Position numbers and translations under genes: made by a program. DNA of 64,000 bases, from the IMG/VR virus record IMGVR_UViG_3300009159_000035; one strand, written 5' to 3'. This document shows positions 55,052 through 64,000 of the stretch, one piece after another (the stretch's first letter is position 1; the number at the start of each line of letters is the position of its first letter). The notes beneath the pieces are model-generated. The model was not told the DNA's origin, ran no database searches, and worked only from the letters and a program-made list of their open reading frames with translations. This DNA is from a virus.

Positions 55052-57031
55052 ATGGCAAAACAGAATAGCAAAACCGGCAAAACACCAATGCTTGATTCAT
55101 TTGGTAAAGATCTTACTCAACTTGCCTTAGAGGGTAAATTAGATCCAGTAGTTGGCAGAGAGAAAGAAATACGTAGATGCAGTCAAATATTGGCTAGGCG
55201 AAAGAAAAATAATCCTCTCTTAATTGGAGAACCTGGAGTAGGTAAAACTGCAATTGTTGAAGGTCTTGCTACCATGATTATTGATAAAACCTGTCCAAGA
55301 GTTCTATTTGATAAAAAAATAGTAACACTTGAATTAGCAAATTTGGTAGCAGGTACCAAATATAGAGGTCAGTTTGAAGAGCGCATGGAACAAATAATAG
55401 AAGAGGTTCAGGTAAATCCAAACGTTATTCTATTTATTGATGAAATTCATACCTTAATTGGAGCAGGTTCAGCAAGTGGATCACTAGATGCAGCAAATAT
55501 CCTAAAGCCAGCTTTGAGTCGTGGAGAAATTCAGTGTATTGGTGCAACAACAATAGATGAGTTTAGAGGATCAATTGAAAAAGATGGTGCTCTTAGCCGC
55601 CGATTTCAACAGGTTATAGTAAATCCATCTACACTAGAACAGTCACGTCAGATCATTGAAAATATCCGATCTAAATACGAAGATCATCATTCAGTTAAGT
55701 ATACTGATGAGGCCTTAGATGCATGTGTTGCATATAGTGACCGATATTTACAGGACAGATTTTTACCAGATAAAGCAATTGACTTAATGGACGAAGCTGG
55801 GGCAGCAGTCCATATCAATGGAGTAGTTGTGCCAGACGCAATTAAGAAATTAGAAGAGAAATTTGTTGAGGTAAGTGCTAAAAAACAAAAAGCAGTTGAG
55901 GCACAACAATACGAAGCGGCAGCAAAACTTAGAGATGATGCTCTTAAAGTAATGAAAGATATTGATGATGAAAAGATTCAATGGGAAGAGTCATTAAAAA
56001 TTAATAGGTTAACTGTATCAGAAGAAGATATTGCAAATGTTGTTGCAATTATGACAGGCATACCAGTTACCCGACTAAAGGGCTCTGAACTTGAAAGATT
56101 AGCAACAATGGCTAAATGGTTAAAGGAAAGAGTTATTGGGCAGTCTGAAGCAGTTTCTAAATTAACTAAAGCAATTCAGCGCTCAAGAGCAGGTCTTAAA
56201 GCTAAAAATCGCCCAATTGGTACATTCATGTTTCTAGGTCCAACTGGAGTTGGTAAAACTGAATTAGCTAAACAGTTAGCAAAATTTCTGTTTGATACAG
56301 AAGACTCCCTAATCAGAATTGATATGACTGAATTTGGAGAAAAATTTACAGCATCAAAATTAATAGGAGCTCCTCCAGGCTATGTTGGATATGAAGAAGG
56401 CGGGCAGTTAACCGAAAAAGTAAAACGTAAACCTTATTCAGTTATCCTACTAGATGAAGTTGAGAAAGCCCATCCAGATATTTTCCATACCTTATTACAA
56501 GTGTTAGACGAAGGCCATATGACTGATGGTCTTGGCCGAAAAATAGATTTTAAGAATACTGTAATTATTATGACTTCAAATTTGGGAGTTAAGGAATTAC
56601 AAGATTTCGGTGGAGGTATTGGATTCTCATCGTCAACTCCATTTGAACAACAAAAAGAATTGGCGTCAGGTATTTTAAGAAAAGCGGTTAGTAAACAGTT
56701 TGCACCAGAATTTATTAATCGACTAGATGATATTATTATATTTGAGTCCCTAAAGAAAGAGGATGTTGCTCAAATAATCGAAGTTGAATTGTTAGATCTT
56801 TATTCAAGAGTAAAAGAAAATGGTTATACTGTTGAATTAACAAAGTCCGCAAAAGAATTCTTAATTGAAGCAGGTTATGATCATAAATTTGGAGCTCGTC
56901 CATTAAAAAGAGCTATTCAAACTCATGTTGAAGATCTTATAGCTGAAGCATATATTGACGGTAAAATTAAAGATGGAGATCACTTAGTGATTAACCATAA
57001 GGCTAAAGATACAAAGTTAACTATTAAATAA
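55052..57031 (+). CDS. clpC: ClpC-like Hsp100 ATPase lacking the N-terminal Clp repeat domain
   Basis: Two NBDs (GEPGVGKT, GPTGVGKT); UVR-type linker; GIGF ClpP-docking loop; begins at KTPMLDSFG. Confidence 0.9.
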   Translation: MAKQNSKTGKTPMLDSFGKDLTQLALEGKLDPVVGREKEIRRCSQILARRKKNNPLLIGEPGVGKTAIVEGLATMIIDKTCPRVLFDKKIVTLELANLVAGTKYRGQFEERMEQIIEEVQVNPNVILFIDEIHTLIGAGSASGSLDAANILKPALSRGEIQCIGATTIDEFRGSIEKDGALSRRFQQVIVNPSTLEQSRQIIENIRSKYEDHHSVKYTDEALDACVAYSDRYLQDRFLPDKAIDLMDEAGAAVHINGVVVPDAIKKLEEKFVEVSAKKQKAVEAQQYEAAAKLRDDALKVMKDIDDEKIQWEESLKINRLTVSEEDIANVVAIMTGIPVTRLKGSELERLATMAKWLKERVIGQSEAVSKLTKAIQRSRAGLKAKNRPIGTFMFLGPTGVGKTELAKQLAKFLFDTEDSLIRIDMTEFGEKFTASKLIGAPPGYVGYEEGGQLTEKVKRKPYSVILLDEVEKAHPDIFHTLLQVLDEGHMTDGLGRKIDFKNTVIIMTSNLGVKELQDFGGGIGFSSSTPFEQQKELASGILRKAVSKQFAPEFINRLDDIIIFESLKKEDVAQIIEVELLDLYSRVKENGYTVELTKSAKEFLIEAGYDHKFGARPLKRAIQTHVEDLIAEAYIDGKIKDGDHLVINHKAKDTKLTIK

Positions 57032-57867
57032 TGAAGATACTTGTAACTGGCGATCAGGGATTTATCGCAAAAAATCTAATAGGTAAATTAGATAAAAACT
57101 TGACGGTTTATGGAATAGACGTTAATGATTTTATGGTGGTTGACGATTGGCAAAGCCAATTAATTGATATTGTTGCAAGCTTATCGCCTGACGTAATATT
57201 TCATGTTGGAGCATGTTCTGATACGCTAGAACAGAATGTAAATTACATGATGAATCTTAATTATGAAGCCACTAAAATATTATCTGAATATTGTTATATG
57301 GCAAATTGTAAAATGATCTATTCATCATCTGCTGCAAACTATGGGGTTAATGGAAAGAACCCATCTAACCTATATGGCTGGAGCAAATATGCAGCTGAAG
57401 ATATAGTAAAAGCAAAGGGCGGAATTGCACTTAGATATTTTAATGTGTATGGACCTGGTGAAGAACATAAAGGCAAAATGGCATCAGTTGCATATCAATC
57501 ATGGTTAAAAAGTCAAGCTGAAGAAAGGGTAATATTGTTTCCAAAGAAACCAACTAGAGATTTTGTTTATGTTGATGATATTGTTTCTGCAAACTTACAT
57601 GCACTTGAGAATTACGAGCAATTTGCAGGCAATCATTTTGATGTAGGCAGCGGAGAGTCAAGATCTTTTGAAGAAGTTATGCAATTGATGCAAATACCAT
57701 TTGAATACACTGAGGACTTAATAATTCCTAGCGGATATCAATTTTTTACAATAAGTAACAAAAATGAATGGTTACCTGGCTGGACACCTTTATGGACAAT
57801 TGATACTGGAGTTCCAGCATATTTAGAATACTTAAAAAAATCAAAAGAAAATGGGTCATCAAATTAA
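57031..57867 (+). CDS. ADP-heptose 6-epimerase-like SDR (HldD/RfaD-like)
   Basis: TGDQGFI, FHVGACSDT, YSSSAA, YGWSK, NVYGPGEEHKGKMAS, RDFVYV. Confidence 0.85.
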   Translation: MKILVTGDQGFIAKNLIGKLDKNLTVYGIDVNDFMVVDDWQSQLIDIVASLSPDVIFHVGACSDTLEQNVNYMMNLNYEATKILSEYCYMANCKMIYSSSAANYGVNGKNPSNLYGWSKYAAEDIVKAKGGIALRYFNVYGPGEEHKGKMASVAYQSWLKSQAEERVILFPKKPTRDFVYVDDIVSANLHALENYEQFAGNHFDVGSGESRSFEEVMQLMQIPFEYTEDLIIPSGYQFFTISNKNEWLPGWTPLWTIDTGVPAYLEYLKKSKENGSSN

Positions 57868-58231
57868 ACCAACCGTTTGTAAAGGTTGTGAAGTTCCAAA
57901 AGGTTGGGGCAAAGAAATTATAATTGAAAATAACGATAAGTACTGTGGCAAGATTCTACAATTTAACGAGGGTTGTAAATTCTCAATGCACTATCATTTG
58001 CTTAAGGATGAAACTTGGTATGTTAACTCTGGCATATTCATATACAGATGGATTGATACTGAAACGGCAGAAGTTCATGAGCAGCAACTTACGGCAGGTG
58101 ATGTTGTTCGGCAGTTACCCGGACAACCTCATCAACTTGAAGCAGTGTTTGAAGGAGAAATATTTGAAGTTTCAACCACTCATATGGATGAAGATTCGTA
58201 TCGAGTGTGGAAAGGTAATAGCCAAAAATAA
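57851..58231 (+). CDS. cupin (sugar isomerase-like)
   Basis: VPKGWG..SMHYH..KDET..PHQL..EVST. Confidence 0.8.
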   Translation: MGHQIKPTVCKGCEVPKGWGKEIIIENNDKYCGKILQFNEGCKFSMHYHLLKDETWYVNSGIFIYRWIDTETAEVHEQQLTAGDVVRQLPGQPHQLEAVFEGEIFEVSTTHMDEDSYRVWKGNSQK

Positions 58232-58240
58232 TTTAATAGC

Positions 58241-59023
58241 ATGAAAAAAATTCTTGTAATAGGCGAAGCCTGTATTGATATATTTGAATACGGCAAATGT
58301 ACTCGACTTAATCCAGAAGCACCAACTCCAATCTTTCAGTCAAACCATATTGAAACAAATGGTGGAATGGCAAGTAATGTATATGAAAATATCAGAAGCA
58401 TTTCTGGAAATTGGGAAATTGATGTTGATTTTATAGGTCAAGCAAATGGAAAAATTACCAAACACCGATTTGTTGATATTAATTCAAACTATATTCTATT
58501 ACGGGTAGATAATGATGGTCCAGTTGAACCACTTACAATTGGTTCACTTGATTCGGAAATTCTATATCAAATTACATCAGCCGATATTGTGGTAGTTTCT
58601 GACTATAATAAAGGCTTCCTAACTGAAGCCATTTTGGAAAGGATTGCACTACATTCCAAATTAAGTTTCATTGATACTAAAAAACCTCTTGGCTGGTGGG
58701 CTCATGATTTTAACTTTATTAAAATTAATAAAAAAGAATTTGAAAACCCAGCACATGACAAAGACTTTATTGACAGTAGTCTAGATAAGCTAATTATCAC
58801 GCTTGGAGCAGAAGGCGCCAAATGGAACGGAACTCAAATATATCCACTTAACCCAACTGAAGTAAAGGATGTATCTGGTGCTGGTGATAGCTTTATTGCT
58901 GGTCTAGTGGTTGAATACCTAAAAAGTAATGATATTATTCAAGCTATTCAATTTGCTAATGTCTGTGCAGGTATAGCAGTTTCACAAAAGGGCGTAGTTT
59001 CAGTAGAGTGTCCAGATAAATAA
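58241..59023 (+). CDS. PfkB-family heptose-phosphate kinase (HldE kinase domain-like)
   Basis: RLNPEAPTP, GGMASNV, SDYNKG, DVSGAGD. Confidence 0.85.
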   Translation: MKKILVIGEACIDIFEYGKCTRLNPEAPTPIFQSNHIETNGGMASNVYENIRSISGNWEIDVDFIGQANGKITKHRFVDINSNYILLRVDNDGPVEPLTIGSLDSEILYQITSADIVVVSDYNKGFLTEAILERIALHSKLSFIDTKKPLGWWAHDFNFIKINKKEFENPAHDKDFIDSSLDKLIITLGAEGAKWNGTQIYPLNPTEVKDVSGAGDSFIAGLVVEYLKSNDIIQAIQFANVCAGIAVSQKGVVSVECPDK

Positions 59024-59042
59024 TTAAAAATATCCATATACA

Positions 59043-59924
59043 ATGGGAAAATTTGGTAAAAATAAACTACCTAAGTTCATGAATACAGCTGACAATAGAA
59101 TGGGTTCAAACCCTCACATCCAAGAGGACAACCAGGATGATGAAATGCAACCAGTAATAGTATCTATGGCTGGCCACGGAGATGACCATGCAATGATTGT
59201 AATTAAAACTAAAAGCGGCGAAGAATTAGAGCTTAGATTTGACTATGACGGTAATGGTATGCTAACGGCAACTCACAATGATCATGAGTATTCTATTCCA
59301 GTAGAAATTGAAGTAGTATCTGACGAAGATCACGAAGAGGAAGAGGTGCACATGAGCCCAAGCGGTAGAATGACAAATATGAGTCCAGCGGACGATGATT
59401 ACGAAATTAATTACGGAAGAGCTGAAGAAGTTGATGAAGCCGCTAAAAAACTTAGTGCTAAACAGAAAAAGTTTCTAGATAAAGACGGAAATGGCGAATT
59501 AAACAAAAAAGATTTTCTATTACTAAATAAAAATAAGAAAAAGGATACTGAAGGTAAAGTTGCTGAAACTTTTGAAAGTTTTGTAAATGAATGCTGGACT
59601 CCTATTGAAGAAAGTTACAATCTAGCAATGTCAGAAGAGGCAAAGCGCGCAATTAAAGCATTATGTGAAGAAATGTTAATTCAAGAAGCTCAAAGATGTG
59701 ATGAAGATGCTGACCCAATGCATACTTACGAAAATTACTTAAACGAATGCGGTTCATATATGACAGAGTGTATGATGGAATCAGCAGCTAGTCTACCTAT
59801 AACCGAATCTACTTCATATAGTTGTGATACTTGTGGAGAACGTGCAGAACATGAAGAAATTGACGAGAATCCTAATATGAAATGCTCTAATTGTGGACAT
59901 CGTAATTGGAGTCCAGAACAATAA
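59043..59924 (+). CDS. acidic prohead core/scaffold-like protein with EF-hand-like loop and Zn ribbon
   Basis: LDKDGNGELNKKDF; many (I/L/V/M)xE sites including FESFVNE; CDTC..CSNC. Confidence 0.55.
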   Translation: MGKFGKNKLPKFMNTADNRMGSNPHIQEDNQDDEMQPVIVSMAGHGDDHAMIVIKTKSGEELELRFDYDGNGMLTATHNDHEYSIPVEIEVVSDEDHEEEEVHMSPSGRMTNMSPADDDYEINYGRAEEVDEAAKKLSAKQKKFLDKDGNGELNKKDFLLLNKNKKKDTEGKVAETFESFVNECWTPIEESYNLAMSEEAKRAIKALCEEMLIQEAQRCDEDADPMHTYENYLNECGSYMTECMMESAASLPITESTSYSCDTCGERAEHEEIDENPNMKCSNCGHRNWSPEQ

Positions 59925-59944
59925 TCTTAATTAGTTAAATTAAT

Positions 59945-59973
59945 AAAAAAGCTCGAGTAATCGGGCTTTTTTT
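59945..59973 (+). terminator. intrinsic terminator
   Basis: AAAAAAGCTCGA-GTAA-TCGGGCTTTTTT. Confidence 0.8.
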
Positions 59974-60003
59974 ATTTAGTCTGAACCTAGAATAAATAAC
60001 CAT

Positions 60004-60426
60004 ATGAAATATTTAAAGATATATGAACATTTTATAGAAGAAACAACACTGCCGGGTGATGATATTCCTTCTGATGACTATGCAAAATCTGGAGCAGAAA
60101 CCTATTGGCAGCTAGAAGATGGAACAATCGTACAGATTAATCAAATTATGAAGTTTTTAGATGATGAAAACATTCCAGTCGTTGAAATACCAACTGCAAA
60201 ATTAAAACATCTATTAATAGACGTAGAAAGAAATCCATCCAGAGTTGAGGCCGCTAACCTTGATTTTCCAATTATAGTATCTACGTATAAAAATGAATAT
60301 TATAGTATTTTAGATGGTCAACATAGATTAGTAAAATCTGTAAAAAACAAGATTAAAAAAATTAAATGTCGAGTTTTAGATTTAGAAAATTGCCCTGAAG
60401 AATTCAAAAAAGTATTTATTAGATAA
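60004..60426 (+). CDS. ParB/Srx-like domain protein with CTS-like leader
   Basis: MKYLKIYEHFIEE; ANLDFPIIV..ILDGQHRL. Confidence 0.75.
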   Translation: MKYLKIYEHFIEETTLPGDDIPSDDYAKSGAETYWQLEDGTIVQINQIMKFLDDENIPVVEIPTAKLKHLLIDVERNPSRVEAANLDFPIIVSTYKNEYYSILDGQHRLVKSVKNKIKKIKCRVLDLENCPEEFKKVFIR

Positions 60427-60434
60427 ATAACCAT

Positions 60435-60701
60435 ATGGATAGTTCAAAAATGTCATCTGGTGAAGTTACTGTTCCTGCAAGTTCGTTTAATCAACAAACT
60501 GACCGGAATATTCAACCGAGCCTAACTGGAATGAGCATTGGTGGAATACCAACTCACTGGTTATCAAGTCAACCTATTTCCAGACGTGATATGACAGCTA
60601 ATACAACGCCACTTGGCTCAAATCCAAGAAGTTATAAGGTTATTAGATTTGAAGAATTCCATTCTGGTAAATACCAAGGTGATCCAGAAATTGATAAATA
60701 A
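60435..60701 (+). CDS. late hypothetical protein
   Basis: late motif; KVIRFEEF near the C-terminus. Confidence 0.55.
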   Translation: MDSSKMSSGEVTVPASSFNQQTDRNIQPSLTGMSIGGIPTHWLSSQPISRRDMTANTTPLGSNPRSYKVIRFEEFHSGKYQGDPEIDK

Positions 60702-60716
60702 TAAAAAACAATTACT

Positions 60717-61076
60717 ATGAGTAACAAAATTTTAAATTTCAAAGACTTTAAAACTGGTGGAAAACTTAGTGACCCAAAAACTGCAACTAGTGTAAAAGCA
60801 GCAGATCCAGTTAAAAAGGAAAAGTCAATAGACCAAGTAAAAAGAGCTGACTTAACTCACCCTAAGATTACTTTACCAGATTACACAAAAGTATCTAAAA
60901 ACCCTATTCAAGAGAGCTCTGCTGATACTCAAGCACAGATTGATGTACTTAATCAGACAAAAGCACTTAGGGCTAAGGTGGCAGCTGCTGCAACGGAAGA
61001 AGAAAAGATTAAGTTATTGGCTCAAATCAAGCAAATTGAACTACAGGCTGAACAAAAGGCAGCTAAGGCTGTATAA
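60717..61076 (+). CDS. late hypothetical protein (CTS-like leader)
   Basis: NKILNFKDF; PIQES. Confidence 0.55.
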   Translation: MSNKILNFKDFKTGGKLSDPKTATSVKAADPVKKEKSIDQVKRADLTHPKITLPDYTKVSKNPIQESSADTQAQIDVLNQTKALRAKVAAAATEEEKIKLLAQIKQIELQAEQKAAKAV

Positions 61077-61090
61077 AATTACTTAACTAA

Positions 61091-61831
61091 ATGACTTTAG
61101 ACGAATTAATATTAGATGTACAGAATGAATTGACATTTGCTAAAGCATTGCCGTATTCTATTCCTGAACAAGAGATTAAGCGTATTATTACAATTGCTGA
61201 AAGATATTTTTATGATAATTGGAAACACGCAGTTGAGCCAAGATATTTACTAATACCTAATACCGTATTTACAAATCCAGCATTTAAAGTTGACCGTTCA
61301 ATTCTATTACCTGATTGTGTAGGATTTGTCCATAATGTAATCGAAGCAAAGGGTGGAGCATCATTGTTTGGAACAATGGATTTAGACTTTGCTGATAATA
61401 AATTTATTGGATCAGAAATGTTCTTAACTCCATTTATTGGAGAGTCAATCATGTATCGTACTGTTATATTTTCTTTTCTAGACCTAGTTAAAGGTTTTAC
61501 AATTGATACATTTGCATATGACTATAATAAAAATACCAGAAAATTAGCAATTCTTGGAAGAACGCCAAAGGGTTCTCAAATGGTAGTTCATATTGCTAAA
61601 AAGATTCCAGCGGATGATCTATACAATGATGAAGTATTTCAAAGATACGTTAGAGCAAAAGCTAAATTAAGACTTGGTGATCTACTTACAACATTTGACT
61701 ATAATTTACCAGGTGGAATAAAACCAAATTATGCAAATCTAGTAACCAAAGCTGAAGCTGAATTAGCTGGAGTTATGGATATGATGAAAACTGAAAATAC
61801 TGCCGACTTCTTGTATTTTGCAAGATGGTAA
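61091..61831 (+). CDS. neck/head-completion protein (T4 gp13-like)
   Basis: LYNDEVFQRYVRAKAK..DYNLPGGIKPN. Confidence 0.7.
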   Translation: MTLDELILDVQNELTFAKALPYSIPEQEIKRIITIAERYFYDNWKHAVEPRYLLIPNTVFTNPAFKVDRSILLPDCVGFVHNVIEAKGGASLFGTMDLDFADNKFIGSEMFLTPFIGESIMYRTVIFSFLDLVKGFTIDTFAYDYNKNTRKLAILGRTPKGSQMVVHIAKKIPADDLYNDEVFQRYVRAKAKLRLGDLLTTFDYNLPGGIKPNYANLVTKAEAELAGVMDMMKTENTADFLYFARW

Positions 61832-61838
61832 TTAATAT

Positions 61839-62225
61839 ATGATTCAACCAGTAGGAATAGACCTTTATTTAAGAGCACCAGGCGATCCAAATTATCAAGA
61901 AGGGGTATTTGAATCAAATGACTCAATTGAAAATGCGCTTCAACAAATACGGATGGTATTACTAACTCGCCCTGGAGAAGTATTAGGTGAAGATATTGGA
62001 TTTAATGCTGAGAAATATCTTTTTGAATTTGAATTTTCAAGTCTTGCTCCTATGGAAAAAGATGCAAATGACCAAATTAATGAGTATGTACTTTTTTCTA
62101 AACCATATAAAATATCAGCTGAAGGATTTACAATGGAAGATATTGGCGATCCATATAAAGTTGGATTAGGCCTAGATATTAAAGTAGATGGTAAATCTGC
62201 ATTTGCTACAATGTTTGATCTTTAA
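61839..62225 (+). CDS. baseplate gp25-like protein
   Basis: QIRMVLLTRPGEVLG..YLFE. Confidence 0.7.
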   Translation: MIQPVGIDLYLRAPGDPNYQEGVFESNDSIENALQQIRMVLLTRPGEVLGEDIGFNAEKYLFEFEFSSLAPMEKDANDQINEYVLFSKPYKISAEGFTMEDIGDPYKVGLGLDIKVDGKSAFATMFDL

Positions 62226-63099
62226 TCCAAGTTTCAAAATCAATCTCAGGTTTCCAAGATAATATTAAATTGGCTCTATCAATATTAGCAAGACTAGCAT
62301 GTGGTTCAAGCCTAAACCCAATTGATTCAGTTTTTCCTCCTAATATGGCCGCAATTTGATTAACGCTAAGAGATTTTCCCGAACCTATATTAATAACTGA
62401 GTGTAAAAATTTAGATGACATTGCTAAGAAGTTGGCTCGGGCAACGTCCTTAACATTGATAAAATCTCGGGTTTGATTACCGTTATTTACAATTGGTAAT
62501 TTTTTACCGAGTTTAAAATTTTCCAAAAAGATTGGAATAACCGATCTGTATGAACTTTTTGGATTGGTTCTTTCCCCAAATACATTAAAATACCGTAAGC
62601 AAGTTGTAACTATTCCATAATTGTGAGAATATAGCTTACAGTATTGTTCACCAACTTGTTTACTTAAAGCATATGGTGAAATTGGATCGGGTTCAACTTG
62701 TTCAGAAGTTGGAGTGCTTACTGTATTTCCATATACTGAGCTTGATGAACTAAATACGAATTTTTTAACCTCAGCTAGTCTACACGCTTCAAGCATATTA
62801 ACTGTACCAGTAATATTAACTTGATTATACGGCTTAGGATCCTCTAATGATCCCTGTACTGAGGTTAATGCTGCTAAATGGAATACACATTCAGAACCTT
62901 TAATGATGGTAGCAATCTTCTTGGGATCATCTGCAATATCATAGACTCTAAGATCAACTTTGCCCTTAGGTAAATTTGAACGTTTTCCACTAGACAAATC
63001 GTCTATTACAGTTACTGAATAACCTTTGCGTAAGAGAAGATCAACTAGGTGAGAGCCTATAAAACCAGCTCCACCGGTTACTGTTACTTTTTGAGTCAT
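62206..63099 (-). CDS. NAD-dependent nucleotide-sugar epimerase
   Basis: TGGAGFIGSH, HLAA, SSSSVYG, YALSK, RYFNVFG. Confidence 0.9.
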   Translation of the reverse strand: MTQKVTVTGGAGFIGSHLVDLLLRKGYSVTVIDDLSSGKRSNLPKGKVDLRVYDIADDPKKIATIIKGSECVFHLAALTSVQGSLEDPKPYNQVNITGTVNMLEACRLAEVKKFVFSSSSSVYGNTVSTPTSEQVEPDPISPYALSKQVGEQYCKLYSHNYGIVTTCLRYFNVFGERTNPKSSYRSVIPIFLENFKLGKKLPIVNNGNQTRDFINVKDVARANFLAMSSKFLHSVINIGSGKSLSVNQIAAILGGKTESIGFRLEPHASLANIDRANLILSWKPEIDFETWIKDQTL

Positions 63100-63110
63100 C
63101 TATATTAAAA

Positions 63111-64000
63111 TTAAAGTTGTCCTTTAGTTCCAACTTCTGAAGAAGTTTCACCAGTTGGCGGAGTTTCTCCAGCTGGAGCAGCCGGTGCTCCACCTGCTCC
63201 AGCAGCAGCTCCACCTGCTCCAGCAGCAGCTTCTGCTGCTTGACCAAATGCAGCTAAGTAATTACGATTCTTTTCAATATCTTCATCACTTAGTTTTAAG
63301 TATTCTTTAATTAGGTACTCAGTTGAGAAATACGGTTTGTTTTCATCATCAACAACCGCTTTCATTGAATTTAGGGTTGCAAGACGCTTATTCAATAATT
63401 CCTGATTCTTGATTTCTTCAAATACGTTATCGTCATGAAATGTTAAACCAACTGCATTTGCAAATTTGTGATCAGCTTTAAGATCCTTAACATCTAAACA
63501 CATTTGTAAATAAAGAGGTTTTGTAATAAGCTCTTTATATGCAGAACGTAAACGTTTTACAAATTTATTGTATCTAATCTCTTCGCGTGAAATACCTTCA
63601 GCATTCATAGTATATGCGCCTTGACCTTCAGACCAACGTGAATAAGGTAATTTAGAATCAAGTTTTAATTTATCATGGAAGTATTTTAATAATTCTGAAC
63701 CTGATAAATTTGGTCCTGGATATTCAAGAGCTTCAATATCAATTTTCTCTCCACGATCATTTACTGGAAGTACATAATTCTTATAGAATAGAATATTAGG
63801 TTTTCCATCAACACTTAATTCTCCAGTAGAACCATTAAATGAAATATCTTCTTTTAGGGTATTTGTAAATTCCCTAACGTCTTCTTTTGCTTTTTGCATT
63901 GATTTAGTTCCAACTGGCACAGTCGTCTTTAACCTAATTGGCGCATTCATTGTATGCCAAATAACCTTAGAGTGTTCAATTAAACGAAGTAGATTAAATG
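63111..64000 (-). CDS. portal protein (T4 gp20-like), C-terminal part; open at window edge
   Basis: Frame open past 63950 (FNLLRLIEHSKVIWHTMNAP); ISREEIRYNKFVKRLR; YFSTEYLIKEYLKLSDEDI. Confidence 0.85.
   Translation of the reverse strand, partial: FNLLRLIEHSKVIWHTMNAPIRLKTTVPVGTKSMQKAKEDVREFTNTLKEDISFNGSTGELSVDGKPNILFYKNYVLPVNDRGEKIDIEALEYPGPNLSGSELLKYFHDKLKLDSKLPYSRWSEGQGAYTMNAEGISREEIRYNKFVKRLRSAYKELITKPLYLQMCLDVKDLKADHKFANAVGLTFHDDNVFEEIKNQELLNKRLATLNSMKAVVDDENKPYFSTEYLIKEYLKLSDEDIEKNRNYLAAFGQAAEAAAGAGGAAAGAGGAPAAPAGETPPTGETSSEVGTKGQL

Noticed and set aside
3949-63247. Antisense and alternate-frame ORFs in the track (e.g. 3949-4242, 4856-5167, 10009-10389, 44509-44907, 47812-48255, 52578-52937, 63041-63247)
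   Set aside because: Shadows of well-supported genes, with no motifs or promoters of their own.
63111-63950. Complete 279-aa protein
   Set aside because: The frame stays open to the window edge; it is the C-terminal part of the portal gene.

Overview
This window is 64 kb of an AT-rich, large T4-like (myovirus-type) phage genome. It carries the gp20-like portal (running off the right edge), a gp13-like neck protein, a gp25-like baseplate protein, a two-subunit type II topoisomerase and a GIY-YIG endonuclease. The ClpP/ClpC N-termini and the lack of Shine-Dalgarno motifs suggest a Bacteroidota host (inference). It also has four intact tRNAs, two aberrant tRNA-like RNAs flanking a structured ~215-nt RNA, SmpB, ClpP, an N-domain-less ClpC, a dispersed RNA-repair set, a small alarmone-hydrolase-like protein, several glycan/heptose genes, cell-wall enzymes and two DUF2589-like genes. 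The strongest hidden pattern is that about 17 otherwise unrelated ORFs begin with a MKxIKxFxxF(I/V)NE leader resembling the T4 capsid-targeting sequence. These genes sit behind a T4-late-like ATAAATA motif, while many non-virion genes and tRNAs sit behind a second motif, RGTATAWTA. The tagged set predicts a large packaged/ejected proteome: a nucleotidyltransferase, a MoxR-type ATPase heading a peptidase-vWA operon, a ParB-like protein, peptidoglycan-binding and annexin-like proteins, and a family sharing a DxxxLx(D/E)LGL motif. One zinc-ribbon gene is enclosed by a long-range 5'-3' inverted repeat. All family assignments are by motif recognition only; no database searches were run.
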